Of a stretch of 37,344 nt of DNA, positions 17,439 through 27,308 are shown piece after piece. The notes under the pieces were generated by a model. That model saw only the letters and a list, made by a program, of their open reading frames with translations, was not told the origin of the DNA and searched no databases. Position 1 is the first letter of the stretch. Each line of letters begins with the position of its first letter. The DNA comes from Acidimicrobiaceae bacterium (lineage in GTDB: Bacteria > Actinomycetota > Acidimicrobiia > Actinomarinales > Actinomarinaceae). Where the stretch lies: the NCBI GenBank assembly GCA_028344675.1, contig JAOMBT010000006.1:1-37344 (forward strand). Reading direction: 5' to 3'. The translations under genes and the position numbers were made by a program.

Positions 17439-18661
17439 TCGTTTGAATTGTCCCTTTCCCTAAGTGCAGAACCAATAATTACAGGCAGTACACAAACAAA
17501 AATTAATACAGCTACGACTGAAGATCTTCCAAAATTTCTATATTTTGAAAATTCATCTAGCATTTTTACAGCTAATAAATTAGTTTCTAAGTCCCCCCTA
17601 GTAGAAACATATATAATATCAAAAGCCTTTAAAACTGTCACAACCATATAAGTACTTACAACTACAATTGTGCTTTTAATATAAGGAATAATGATAGATC
17701 TAAATACCTTTAATTCTGAAGCTCCGTCTATTTGTCCAGCTTCCATTATTTCTGATGGAATTGCTTTTATTGCTGCTGATAAAACAACAGCAGCAAATCC
17801 TGTATACATCCAGATCATAATAGCCATAAGTAGAAACGTACTAATAGGTAAATTAACTAACATCTCTCCTAACCAACCTGTCCCCTCCAGTCGATTTCCA
17901 ATAGGTAATGCTGATAAGTCTCTTTGCTGAAGCCATCCAACTGCATCAAGACAGCTTGAGTCATCATACCCTTTTAACTCTCCGTTGATAATCCTATTGT
18001 TATAGCATTCCTCACCTCTTGAAACTCTAATTCCATTTATTATTCCAATCTGTGTTAAAGGTGTAGGTCTGTACTCGTATATGAATTTAAAGATTGCAGT
18101 TGCACCAACTGCAGAAATCGCCATCGGCATAAAAATTATTGATTTAAAAAACGACTCTCCTTTATTGAGTCTGTCAGTAAGCCAAGCAAAAACAAGACCA
18201 ATAAATACTGTAAAAAATACAACAAAAATTAACCAAAGTACTTGATTTCTAATTGTTACAATCATTTCGGTGTCTGTAAATGCCCATCTATAATTTTCCA
18301 GACCAACAAATTCTTGGCTATACCTATCCTTAAAACTTAAATAAAATGTCCTTACTGCTGGGTAAAATAAAAATAAAAGAATCATAAAGATTCCAGGTCC
18401 TACAAACATTCTTGCCTCAAGTGATTCTCTGGCATCTTTTGGAGCAAAATCAATTAGTTTGTTCATCCCGTAAAAAAGCAAGAATATGAAAAGAGAACCA
18501 AAAGGAATAGCAATTAAAACTACTATATTTCTGGTTAGTTGTTCAGTTAGTTCACGAAATAGTATTGCTTGTGATAAAAACCATATTAATGGGAAAACTC
18601 CTAAAGCAAGAGAGGATATACCGAATCTTAAAAGCTTCTCTTGTTGAGTTTTATTTTTCAT
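17435..18661 (-). CDS. carbohydrate ABC transporter permease (MalF/AglF-like)
   Basis: FVGLENY, FMPMAIS, EAA loop MEAGQIDGAS, LKAFDIIYV. Confidence 0.94.
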   Translation of the reverse strand: MKNKTQQEKLLRFGISSLALGVFPLIWFLSQAILFRELTEQLTRNIVVLIAIPFGSLFIFLLFYGMNKLIDFAPKDARESLEARMFVGPGIFMILLFLFYPAVRTFYLSFKDRYSQEFVGLENYRWAFTDTEMIVTIRNQVLWLIFVVFFTVFIGLVFAWLTDRLNKGESFFKSIIFMPMAISAVGATAIFKFIYEYRPTPLTQIGIINGIRVSRGEECYNNRIINGELKGYDDSSCLDAVGWLQQRDLSALPIGNRLEGTGWLGEMLVNLPISTFLLMAIMIWMYTGFAAVVLSAAIKAIPSEIMEAGQIDGASELKVFRSIIIPYIKSTIVVVSTYMVVTVLKAFDIIYVSTRGDLETNLLAVKMLDEFSKYRNFGRSSVVAVLIFVCVLPVIIGSALRERDNSNE

Positions 18662-18692
18662 TTAATTAGTAATTTTAACCTATAAATTTAAC

Positions 18693-18719
18693 GATAGCCA
18701 CCCTATACGGGTGGCTATC
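18693..18719. terminator. perfect 11-bp stem-loop between the binding-protein and permease genes (mRNA stabiliser or partial terminator)
   Basis: GATAGCCACCC-TATAC-GGGTGGCTATC, with no clear U-tract on the minus strand. Confidence 0.65.
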
Positions 18720-18742
18720 TAAATTAAGAATACTATCTTAGT

Positions 18743-20041
18743 TTATGGCCAAGAAGTATCTATATTTGCTAATGCTTCATCAATGTATCCTGGACCATTG
18801 ACAGCTAAGTTCATCATTTCTTTCCAGAAAGAACCACCACCAACTTCAGGAGGCATCAAGTCAGATGCATCGAATCTAAATGAGTTAGCAGAAAGTGCTG
18901 CAGAAATTGTCTCACCCATAACTCTATATAAATCATTAGAGTAAAGGCTCTGATCAAATCCTGTATGAGCACTCATTCTAGCGTTGTTAGGCATTTGAGC
19001 TGCTGGAGCATGAAAATCTGCACTCAACAAGTACTCTGCGACAACTTTAGTTGCTTCTCTATCATTAAAAGCAGCCCACATATCGCCACCACCTAATGCA
19101 GCAGCCGGAAGGCTGGCATCAACGGATGGGAATGGGAATACTGTTGTCTCAACACCTGCTTGCCCTTGAGCAGCCTCAGGCCAAAATGATGTTATAAAAG
19201 ATGCTTGCCTATGCATGAAACAACCTGGGTTGCCATTTGCATCTTTTGAGAACATAGGATCTTGTGCATTACCAAAGTATGTTGAAACAATAGCATCTGT
19301 GCCACCAACTACATAACCTTCAGTATGCATAATTTGACTTAATAGTGTTGCTGCATTCTTTACAATTGGGTCTGCGAATTTAAGTTCGTTAGTAACCCAC
19401 TTGTCATAAGAATCAACTCCATCACCGGTACGAAGCATAATGTCTTCCATCCAGTCTGTTGCTAACCAACCTGATGCACCGTTTGAGTACATACCGAAAC
19501 AGAATGGATTCATTCCATCTGCGACGATTTGATCTGCAAGTGCAATCATCTCATCCCAAGTAGCTGGAACGGAATATCCTCTTGCTTCAAACTCTGCCGG
19601 TTGATACCAAACAATACTCTTAAGGTTTGCTGCGTTAGCACCACCATAAATAACTCCATCAACAGTACCTAAACCAACTAGGTATGAAGAGAAATTATTT
19701 TGATACTCTTCTAGATCTATGTCTAGATCAGCTAGAGGAGTTAAGTATCCTCTATTTGCAGCATCTACTACTCCACCTGGTTGTGGAAATAGTGCGAAGT
19801 CTGGTGTGTCACCAGATTCCATTTGAATTTGAATTTCTTGTTCAAAGTTGTCTGAACCTTGATATGTTACAATAATTCCAGTTGCCTCTTCAATGGCTTT
19901 AATATTTTCTCTAAAACCATTTTGGTCTTCACCAATTAGAGCACCTGTGATTGAAACGGTTTCGCCTTCAAGGCTTCCACCACCACAAGCACCAAGAATT
20001 AAAGTAAGAAACAAGAAACACATTAATAATGGTTTTTTCAT
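18743..20041 (-). CDS. sugar ABC substrate-binding lipoprotein (alpha-glucoside-binding AglE-like)
   Basis: Lipobox LGAC; FPQPG, KSIVWY, GWLATDWMEDIMLRT, CFMHRQASFI, FRFDASDLMP. Confidence 0.9.
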   Translation of the reverse strand: MKKPLLMCFLFLTLILGACGGGSLEGETVSITGALIGEDQNGFRENIKAIEEATGIIVTYQGSDNFEQEIQIQMESGDTPDFALFPQPGGVVDAANRGYLTPLADLDIDLEEYQNNFSSYLVGLGTVDGVIYGGANAANLKSIVWYQPAEFEARGYSVPATWDEMIALADQIVADGMNPFCFGMYSNGASGWLATDWMEDIMLRTGDGVDSYDKWVTNELKFADPIVKNAATLLSQIMHTEGYVVGGTDAIVSTYFGNAQDPMFSKDANGNPGCFMHRQASFITSFWPEAAQGQAGVETTVFPFPSVDASLPAAALGGGDMWAAFNDREATKVVAEYLLSADFHAPAAQMPNNARMSAHTGFDQSLYSNDLYRVMGETISAALSANSFRFDASDLMPPEVGGGSFWKEMMNLAVNGPGYIDEALANIDTSWP

Positions 20042-20224
20042 TATTTACTTTCCCCTTTATATATACGTACGTATGCTAAAAACAAGGATTTTTAGCTAAT
20101 GTCATTGTATGGCATTGTTCTATTAGGTGGTTAAGAAATTAAGTTTTTTTCAAAATTGGGTTGAAAATACATTTTGATTTTGTTAATACTTTATAAAATA
20201 ATTTGAAAAATTTATTTTTATATG

Positions 20225-20308
20225 TGCCCGGGGGGGGACTCGAACCCCCACATCCTTTCGAATAACGGATTTTAAGTCCGTCGCGTCTACCAATTCCGCC
20301 ACCCGGGC
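20225..20308 (-). tRNA. tRNA-Leu (TAA)
   Basis: Acceptor stem GCCCGGG/CCCGGGC-A; anticodon arm ACGGA-CTTAAAA-TCCGT; long variable arm; GGTTCGAGTCC T arm; CCA not encoded. Confidence 0.96.
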
Positions 20309-20319
20309 TAATCTCTAAT

Positions 20320-21219
20320 TTAGTATTTTTTTAGTATTAGACCTTCTAAAATATCATTTTTTGAAATTATAATTGAAGAGTTTTCGTATCGTTTCATTAT
20401 ATTTTCAAGTATTACAATCCCAGATGTAATAGTTTTTGCTCTTTTAGGGTCAACGCCTTTAAATTTTATAATTATCTCAGGTTCATTAAAGTCTCGAATG
20501 GTGTTCTTTATATTGATCAGTTCAAGTTGGCTTATTTCAATATTGTGAACTTCACTTTCGTCAAACCTGTCTTGTTCTAAATATATTGAACCTAGAGAAG
20601 TAGCTGTACCAGCAACACCAATTAATAATTTACTATTTGGAATTTTCAAATTATTTACTTTTTCTAATACTTCTTGTTCAGCTTTTATAATCTTGTCTTT
20701 AGTAGCAGGTAACTCAGAGAAATATTTTTCTGTTAGTGTGACAACACCAAGATCAATTGAGTGAGATATTACTTTATTATTATCTTCATAAATAAATTCT
20801 GTACTTCTTCCACCTATATCAACTATTAAATAATTCTGAAGATTTTCCATAAAATGAAGCACTCCGAGACTTGTTATTATTCCTTCTTGTTGACCGGTTA
20901 TGACTTCAACTTCAATATCTATTTTTCTCTTTATTTCATCAATAAACTCATTTGTATTAGTACTATCGCGCATTGCAGCTGTTCCTACTGCGAAGACTTG
21001 TGATACTTCATGTTTTTTTATTTGTTTAAGAAAGGTTTTTAAAGTTTTAATTACCCTTTTTCTAGAATCATCAGATATGAAACCATTTTCTTCTAAGCCT
21101 TCAGCCATCTTTGTTACAACATGTGATTTTTCAAGAATATTAAAGTCTTCTCCCGAAATTTCAGCAATCAATAATCGAGTTGAATTTGAACCGAGGTCTA
21201 TGGCTGCAATCTTTACCAC
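20320..21219 (-). CDS. ppx: Ppx/GppA family exopolyphosphatase
   Basis: AAIDLGSNSTRLLI, GTAAMRD, DIGGRSTE, GVAGT, ILEG; conserved position after DUF501. Confidence 0.92.
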   Translation of the reverse strand: MVKIAAIDLGSNSTRLLIAEISGEDFNILEKSHVVTKMAEGLEENGFISDDSRKRVIKTLKTFLKQIKKHEVSQVFAVGTAAMRDSTNTNEFIDEIKRKIDIEVEVITGQQEGIITSLGVLHFMENLQNYLIVDIGGRSTEFIYEDNNKVISHSIDLGVVTLTEKYFSELPATKDKIIKAEQEVLEKVNNLKIPNSKLLIGVAGTATSLGSIYLEQDRFDESEVHNIEISQLELINIKNTIRDFNEPEIIIKFKGVDPKRAKTITSGIVILENIMKRYENSSIIISKNDILEGLILKKY

Positions 21220-21734
21220 ATTACTTTCCAGTCTGGATTCTTTTTCATTTTAGAGACATCAATACATGGCTGTTCACAGTTAGAATACCCAACTGATTCC
21301 AAAACAATCTTACCTATAGGGTTTAATCCTGTAGATAGCTCATCCGCTGTGTGGGAGTGTAGACATTTAATAGACTCTGTTGCTCCACCTACTCCCCCAG
21401 AAGACCTATATTTTGCTTCAGGCTCTTGAGTTTTATTTCTTTCAGCTTTATAGCTATCTTGTCTAGATTGCCATTCTTGTTTTAAATCAGAGTTCTTTAC
21501 TAATTCATTATCTAAGTCATTTATTAAACCATGTGACTCAAGACTTCCAATTTTTTTATTATACATTGGACAGGTAAGCCAGTAAGTAGTTGGAAAAGGA
21601 GTTCCATCATTTAAATTTGGGGGTACTTTTATTGAAACAGGTAGGTCGAAATGGCACTTACAAGATACGGCAACTGCACTCCTTAAATTTCTACCTATTT
21701 GAATTTCAACAATTTTGTTATCTTTATTGTCCAT
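21213..21734 (-). CDS. DUF501 domain protein
   Basis: DGTPFPTTYWLTCP, GGVGG...IKCLHSH; synteny eno-divIC-DUF501-ppx. Start set at ATG 21734. Confidence 0.9.
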   Translation of the reverse strand: MDNKDNKIVEIQIGRNLRSAVAVSCKCHFDLPVSIKVPPNLNDGTPFPTTYWLTCPMYNKKIGSLESHGLINDLDNELVKNSDLKQEWQSRQDSYKAERNKTQEPEAKYRSSGGVGGATESIKCLHSHTADELSTGLNPIGKIVLESVGYSNCEQPCIDVSKMKKNPDWKVMW

Positions 21735-22116
21735 CTTGTCCGACAATAACATCAATAACGTATTCAAAGACAGTTTTTGATCTTTCAGTATTTAAAACCT
21801 CATCAATTGGTGTTACGGGTTCTGGAACATCATAAATGTACAATATTTCGCCCTCTTCTCCATACCCTCTTTTTCTAAGTACAACCTTTAATTTTTCTGG
21901 ATCATCTAAATCTGAAATTTGTTGATTCCATTCATCTATTTGGTTTTGAATATCTACAACTTTAGTTTTGTTAAGTTCAATTTCTTTTTGCAATGTTGTA
22001 TAGGAAAAATATGTAGGTTTTACTGTTTCGAAAAAAAAGAACAAAAAAGATCCTGTTAAGACAATTAATAATACTCGAGTAAAAATATTGTTACTAGTAT
22101 TTTTTATTTTTGCCAT
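21724..22116 (-). CDS. ftsB: septum formation initiator, FtsB/DivIC family
   Basis: TM helix, coiled coil, LDDPE...LRKRGYGEEGE; directly after eno. Confidence 0.72.
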   Translation of the reverse strand: MAKIKNTSNNIFTRVLLIVLTGSFLFFFFETVKPTYFSYTTLQKEIELNKTKVVDIQNQIDEWNQQISDLDDPEKLKVVLRKRGYGEEGEILYIYDVPEPVTPIDEVLNTERSKTVFEYVIDVIVGQDGQ

Positions 22117-23372
22117 TTTTGATTATCAAAGTTTTCGGAACCTACTTGCTCAGAGATTCTAAGTAACTCATTATATTTTGCAGTTCTCTCACCTCTTGCA
22201 GGAGCACCTGTCTTGATCTGTCCACTTGATGTTCCTACAACTAAATGACTAATAAATGCATCTTCTGTCTCACCAGATCTATGGGAAACCATACTTGTAT
22301 AATTGTTTTCTTTTGCAAGTTGCATTGTTTCAATAGTTTCAGAAATACTTCCAACTTGATTTACTTTTATGAGGATTGAGTTTGCACATTTATCATTAAT
22401 ACCTTTTTGCAAAATTTTTTCCTGTGTGACAAAAAGATCATCTCCAACCAATTGGGTTCGATCTCCAATTTTTGAAGTTAAGTATTTCCATCCTTCCCAA
22501 TCATCTTCTGCCAAACCATCTTCAATAGAAACAATTGGATAGGCTGCTGATAATTCTATTAAATAATCTGCCATTTCAATATTTGTTAAAGAATTTCCTT
22601 CAATCTTATATATATTGTTTTGATGAAATTCAGATGCAGCTGCATCAAGTGCTAGAGAAATTTCATTTCCAGGTTTATATCCTGCTTCTGCAATAGCAAG
22701 CATAATTTCATCTAAAACTTCTTTTGAAGACCCATAATTAGGAGCAAAGCCACCTTCATCTCCAACATTTGTTGCTAAGCCTTTATCTTTTAAGCGTTTT
22801 TTTAATGTATGATAAACTTCAACACCTGCCCTCAAAGCATCATTAAAGTTAGCAAAGCCATGTGGAACAATCATAAATTCTTGAATATCAACTGAGTTAT
22901 CAGCGTGAGCACCCCCATTCAAAATATTCATAAAAGGTACAGGTAAGGAAGGGGGGCCATATATATTAGGAATCAATTCATATATATGCTTTTTTGATGA
23001 TTTACTAAGTGCGACTAAATTGGCCATAGAAACAGCTAAAATTGCATTTGCACCAAAGTTACTCTTGTTTTCAGATCCATCTAGGTCAAGAATTGTCTTA
23101 TCAATCTCAACTTGATTTTCTGCGGACTTGCCAACTATTACATCTGAAATAGCATCATTGACATTCTGAACAGCTTTAGTAACTCCTTTACCATGAAATT
23201 CTTTCGCTTCGTCACGCAATTCATGAGCTTCGAGCTTTCCAGTAGAGGCACCAGAAGGAACTGCAGCTCTGCCTATAGAGCCATCATCTAAAGTAATTTC
23301 TACTTCAACTGTAGGATTAGCTCTTGAATCTAGGATATACCTAGCGAAAACATTTTTAATATTATTATTCAT
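22104..23372 (-). CDS. eno: enolase
   Basis: ILDSRANPTVEV, VPSGASTG, DIQEFM, VGDEGGFAP, VSHRSGET, QIKTGAPARGER. Confidence 0.99.
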   Translation of the reverse strand: MNNNIKNVFARYILDSRANPTVEVEITLDDGSIGRAAVPSGASTGKLEAHELRDEAKEFHGKGVTKAVQNVNDAISDVIVGKSAENQVEIDKTILDLDGSENKSNFGANAILAVSMANLVALSKSSKKHIYELIPNIYGPPSLPVPFMNILNGGAHADNSVDIQEFMIVPHGFANFNDALRAGVEVYHTLKKRLKDKGLATNVGDEGGFAPNYGSSKEVLDEIMLAIAEAGYKPGNEISLALDAAASEFHQNNIYKIEGNSLTNIEMADYLIELSAAYPIVSIEDGLAEDDWEGWKYLTSKIGDRTQLVGDDLFVTQEKILQKGINDKCANSILIKVNQVGSISETIETMQLAKENNYTSMVSHRSGETEDAFISHLVVGTSSGQIKTGAPARGERTAKYNELLRISEQVGSENFDNQKWQK

Positions 23373-23412
23373 AACCCTGTTACTTAAAATCTAGCAGAAA
23401 ATGCTGACATTG

Positions 23413-24153
23413 TTACTTGAATTGGCTTTTCTTCGCTTCTTTCCATAGTTGAGCAATATCAGCATTCTTATCAAAATTTTTCTCAACATACTTTGCTCTT
23501 TCAATAAATCTTGAAGTAGATTGATTTAGTTGAATTTCGGGGTCTGCATCCAAATATCGACATACATTGATAATGGAAAACAAGACATCTCCAATTTCAC
23601 TTTTTCTATTTTCATTATCTTTAGCATTTTGTAACTCTTCTACCTCTGAAAGTAAATCTTGCAACGCTTCTTCATAGTTCTCATAAGTTAAATTTATTTT
23701 TTTAGCTTTTCTTTGGGTTTTAAAGGCCTTAGTAATAGATGGCAGTTTCTGATTAATGTCATCAAATATAGACGTTGTTTCATCAGTCTTTTTAATTTCT
23801 TCCCATTGTTTTTCAACATCTTCGGCATTTTCGAGAACTACGTCACCAAATACATGGGGATGTCTTTTGATAAGTTTATTTTGTAAATTATCGACTACAT
23901 CAACTATTGAAAAGTGATTGTTTTCTTCAGCTATTTTTGAATGAAGTAATATTTGTAACAACAAATCTCCTAATTCATCTTTAAGCATTGAATGGTTTTT
24001 AGAATTAATTTGAAATGCAGCTAGGGCATCTAATAGTTCATAAGCTTCTTCAATTAAATGCTTAGCCAGTGTTTCATGAGTTTGCTCTCTGTCCCAGGGA
24101 CACTCAGTCCTTAATTTACTAACTATTGCAACCAACTCATTAAATTCTTTCAT
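23413..24153 (-). CDS. mazG: nucleoside triphosphate pyrophosphohydrolase MazG
   Basis: CPWDREQTHETL, EEAYE, DELGDLLLQ, KLIKRHPHVFG, second domain EIGDVLF. Confidence 0.95.
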   Translation of the reverse strand: MKEFNELVAIVSKLRTECPWDREQTHETLAKHLIEEAYELLDALAAFQINSKNHSMLKDELGDLLLQILLHSKIAEENNHFSIVDVVDNLQNKLIKRHPHVFGDVVLENAEDVEKQWEEIKKTDETTSIFDDINQKLPSITKAFKTQRKAKKINLTYENYEEALQDLLSEVEELQNAKDNENRKSEIGDVLFSIINVCRYLDADPEIQLNQSTSRFIERAKYVEKNFDKNADIAQLWKEAKKSQFK

Positions 24154-27100
24154 ACAGAAAGAATAGTATTTAAGAATTGGTATGTTTTTTCAGGACTCAA
24201 AGAGTTTTGAAATTTTACAACTAGTCTTTTATTTCTAAACAAAAAATTCCTATCAATATCTTTGACTTTGGAATTGATATTTTCAGTTAAGTTGATTGGG
24301 GAAAGTTCAATTTGATACTCGTTTACTTTACATTTAATAATTTTTTCTTTTTGGAGTAACGATCGAATTTTTGCTGTAGAAAAAAGATTTTCAGTTACCT
24401 CAGGTGTCTCACCAAATCTATCTAGTACCTCTTCTTTCACTTGTTCGACTTTTTTATGGTCTGTGTGCTCTAGCCTTTTATAAATGTCTATTCTTTCGGA
24501 ATCGGCATCAATATATGATTTGGGAATAGATGATCCCCAAAAACATTCAAGTTTAATTTGTGTTGCTGGAGTAAAGCTATCTTTTAACTGTTTTCCCTCT
24601 ATTGAATCCATTACATATTTGTTAAAAATATTTAATCCAACATTTGCAATAAAACCAGACTGAATATCTCCCAAGATACTTCCTGAACCTCTAAGTTGAA
24701 GGTCTTTCATAGATAGTGAGTATCCTGTGGCAGTTTGTCCAATTGATTTAATAGCATCTAGTCTCAATTCTGCATCAACATTTAAATTATCATTATGAAA
24801 AAAGTAGGCGAAACTCTGTTCACCTCGTCGGCCAACCCTGCCTTTAAGTTGGTAAAGCTGTGACATACCAAGCAATTCAGAACGTAAAGTTATCAAAGTA
24901 TTGACTTTTGGTAAATCAATACCGGCTTCAACAATAGTTGTAGCGAAAAGAACATCTACTTTTTTATCCCACACATCTTGCATGGTTTTTTCAATCTGGA
25001 CTGAAGAAAGCTGACCATGAAGAATTCTATGGTTTAATTTAGGAAATTCAGACTCAATTTTTTTCATCCATTGTTGTAATTCTTCAATACGATTTAAAAC
25101 AAAAAATACCTGACCACCTCTGGACATTTCTCTCTGAATAGCAATTGCGATAGTAGACTCATCAACACCACCAACATGAGTTAATGTCTCTAATCTATTC
25201 TCTGGAGGTGTCTCAATTTTGGAAGTCTCTCTTATACCCATTAGTGATTGCTCTAAAGTTCTAGGAATTGGTGTTGCTGTCAAAGTAAGCTTGTGAGTCT
25301 GTGATGTTAAGGATAACAATCTATCTTTATCTTCAACCCCAAATCTATGCTCTTCATCAATAATGATTAATTTTAAATTTTTAAAATCAATATCTTTACT
25401 AAGAATTCTGTGAGTCCCAATTAAAATATCTACAGAACCATCTGCGACACCTTGTATGATTTCACCAATTTCTTTTTTTCTAACAAACCTACTGAGATGT
25501 TTTATATTAAGTGGATAATGTTTAAGTCTCTCTAGAAAAGTTTCAATATGTTGTTGTACTAAAATAGTCGTTGGGGCTAGTAAAGCTACCTGTCCCCCTG
25601 AAAAAGCCACTTTTATTGCAGCTCTTAAAGCTACTTCTGTTTTCCCATAACCAACATCTCCAAAAATTAATCTATCCATAGGAATATTTTTTTCTAGATC
25701 AGATTTAACATCATTTATGGCAGAAAGTTGATCAGGAGTTTCAATATATTCAAAATTGCTCTCAATTTCATGTTGCCATGGTGTATCTTCAGAAATAATC
25801 AAAGAGTCGTTTTTTATATTTCTTAGTTTGTATAAGTTAAGCACCCTGTCTGCCACTACTTTTGCATTTTGTTTTGCTTTCTCTTTAGCTCTCTCCCATT
25901 CACCGCCACCTAAACTCGATAGCTTTGGATTTTCTCCACCAACGTATACTTCAAGCTCATTTATTTGTTCTGAAGGAACAAATAATCTGTCCGAACCATA
26001 AAATTTTATAGAGAGATAATCTTTTTCTAAACCTTTAATTTCTTTAACTACAGTTCCCTCATATAGTCCGATACCATGAAAGCTATGAACAATATAGGTA
26101 TTTGGTATAAGTATCGATTCTTCACTGAGTTTTTTTATTTTCTTTTTTGTTTTCTTTATTTTTCGAACAAAAAAGATTGAATCATCAATAATTGCAATAT
26201 CTAATTCTTTAAATATTGCAGAATAAGAAAAGGGATTTTTAACAATATTTAAATTGTTAATTAAGGAAAAATTTTTAATTATTTGTTCGTTATCTGATGC
26301 AAGATATACCTTATTTACTTTATTAATTTTTTCTAAAATGTCAGAATGAGGGGTTCCTTCAAGAAAGGCTGGGCGATTATCTAGATTTTCTAAATCGTTG
26401 GTGGAATATATTGTTGTATTAAAATTTCCTATTTTATCCAAAATGTTTATATGTCGAGATTTAAATTTTGATATTTTTAATGAAAAATATTTTTTAAGTT
26501 TCTTGAATGTTTCCCTTTCAATGTTGACAATCTCTTCAAGCTCGGTTTTGCACCTTTCTATATCAACAATGTGTAATGAAGAGCCTTCAGCAAAGTTAAG
26601 CAAAGAATAATCACTCAAAAGATTTTGAGAGTATTGAAATAATTCATATTCATCAAGTTCTTTAATATTACTTAGAGAAAGAGCGTCCAAAATATCTGAA
26701 TTATTAATTTGAAAAAGCTCATTAGCAGGAACAACTAAAGCAGAATCTTCAACTGTTGATGATCTTTGTGAGATTGGATCAAAATTTCTTATTTCTACCA
26801 CAGTATCTCCATCAAAAATTAATCTGATTGGTTGGGTTCTGTTAATAGGATAAATATCTAATTGTCCACCTCTAATTGCAAAAGCTCCTTTTGACTCAAC
26901 TCTATCTTTTCTTAAATATTGAAGATGTATGAGATTCTCAATTAAGGATTCAAAATCTATTTCCTGTTTTAAGACAATATCAACTACGTCAAGATTTTCA
27001 AAAAATAAACGTTGTGATACTGCCTTGATACTTGTGGCAATATTTACCTCTTTTGTAGTTAGAAATGAATGAACAGTAGCTAGTCTTTTACCTTGAATTT

Positions 27101-27305
27101 CATAAGAAGGTTTAAAAGAATCATATGTCAAAGTATCCCAACTTGGAAATATATCTATGTTGTCATTGAAATTAGAAAAGTTATTTTTAAATTCATTTGC
27201 TTCTTTGTCTGTTGGAAAAATATAAATGTTTTTTTTTGATACCTGTTCAAGTCCTAAAAGAATAGGCAGAGATTCTATTGATGTAGTAATTGAGTCTAGA
27301 TTCAT
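24150..27305 (-). CDS. mfd: transcription-repair coupling factor
   Basis: UvrB-like N-terminus, CarD/RID region (HGIGLY), GDVGYGKTEV, DEEHRFGV, TATPIPRT, QLKGRVGR, TRG motif, TRCF C-terminus. Confidence 0.96.
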   Translation of the reverse strand: MNLDSITTSIESLPILLGLEQVSKKNIYIFPTDKEANEFKNNFSNFNDNIDIFPSWDTLTYDSFKPSYEIQGKRLATVHSFLTTKEVNIATSIKAVSQRLFFENLDVVDIVLKQEIDFESLIENLIHLQYLRKDRVESKGAFAIRGGQLDIYPINRTQPIRLIFDGDTVVEIRNFDPISQRSSTVEDSALVVPANELFQINNSDILDALSLSNIKELDEYELFQYSQNLLSDYSLLNFAEGSSLHIVDIERCKTELEEIVNIERETFKKLKKYFSLKISKFKSRHINILDKIGNFNTTIYSTNDLENLDNRPAFLEGTPHSDILEKINKVNKVYLASDNEQIIKNFSLINNLNIVKNPFSYSAIFKELDIAIIDDSIFFVRKIKKTKKKIKKLSEESILIPNTYIVHSFHGIGLYEGTVVKEIKGLEKDYLSIKFYGSDRLFVPSEQINELEVYVGGENPKLSSLGGGEWERAKEKAKQNAKVVADRVLNLYKLRNIKNDSLIISEDTPWQHEIESNFEYIETPDQLSAINDVKSDLEKNIPMDRLIFGDVGYGKTEVALRAAIKVAFSGGQVALLAPTTILVQQHIETFLERLKHYPLNIKHLSRFVRKKEIGEIIQGVADGSVDILIGTHRILSKDIDFKNLKLIIIDEEHRFGVEDKDRLLSLTSQTHKLTLTATPIPRTLEQSLMGIRETSKIETPPENRLETLTHVGGVDESTIAIAIQREMSRGGQVFFVLNRIEELQQWMKKIESEFPKLNHRILHGQLSSVQIEKTMQDVWDKKVDVLFATTIVEAGIDLPKVNTLITLRSELLGMSQLYQLKGRVGRRGEQSFAYFFHNDNLNVDAELRLDAIKSIGQTATGYSLSMKDLQLRGSGSILGDIQSGFIANVGLNIFNKYVMDSIEGKQLKDSFTPATQIKLECFWGSSIPKSYIDADSERIDIYKRLEHTDHKKVEQVKEEVLDRFGETPEVTENLFSTAKIRSLLQKEKIIKCKVNEYQIELSPINLTENINSKVKDIDRNFLFRNKRLVVKFQNSLSPEKTYQFLNTILSV

Positions 27306-27308
27306 AGT

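Noticed and set aside
20042-20308. Sugar cluster as an island integrated at tRNA-Leu
   Set aside because: No integrase and no duplicated tRNA 3' end seen.
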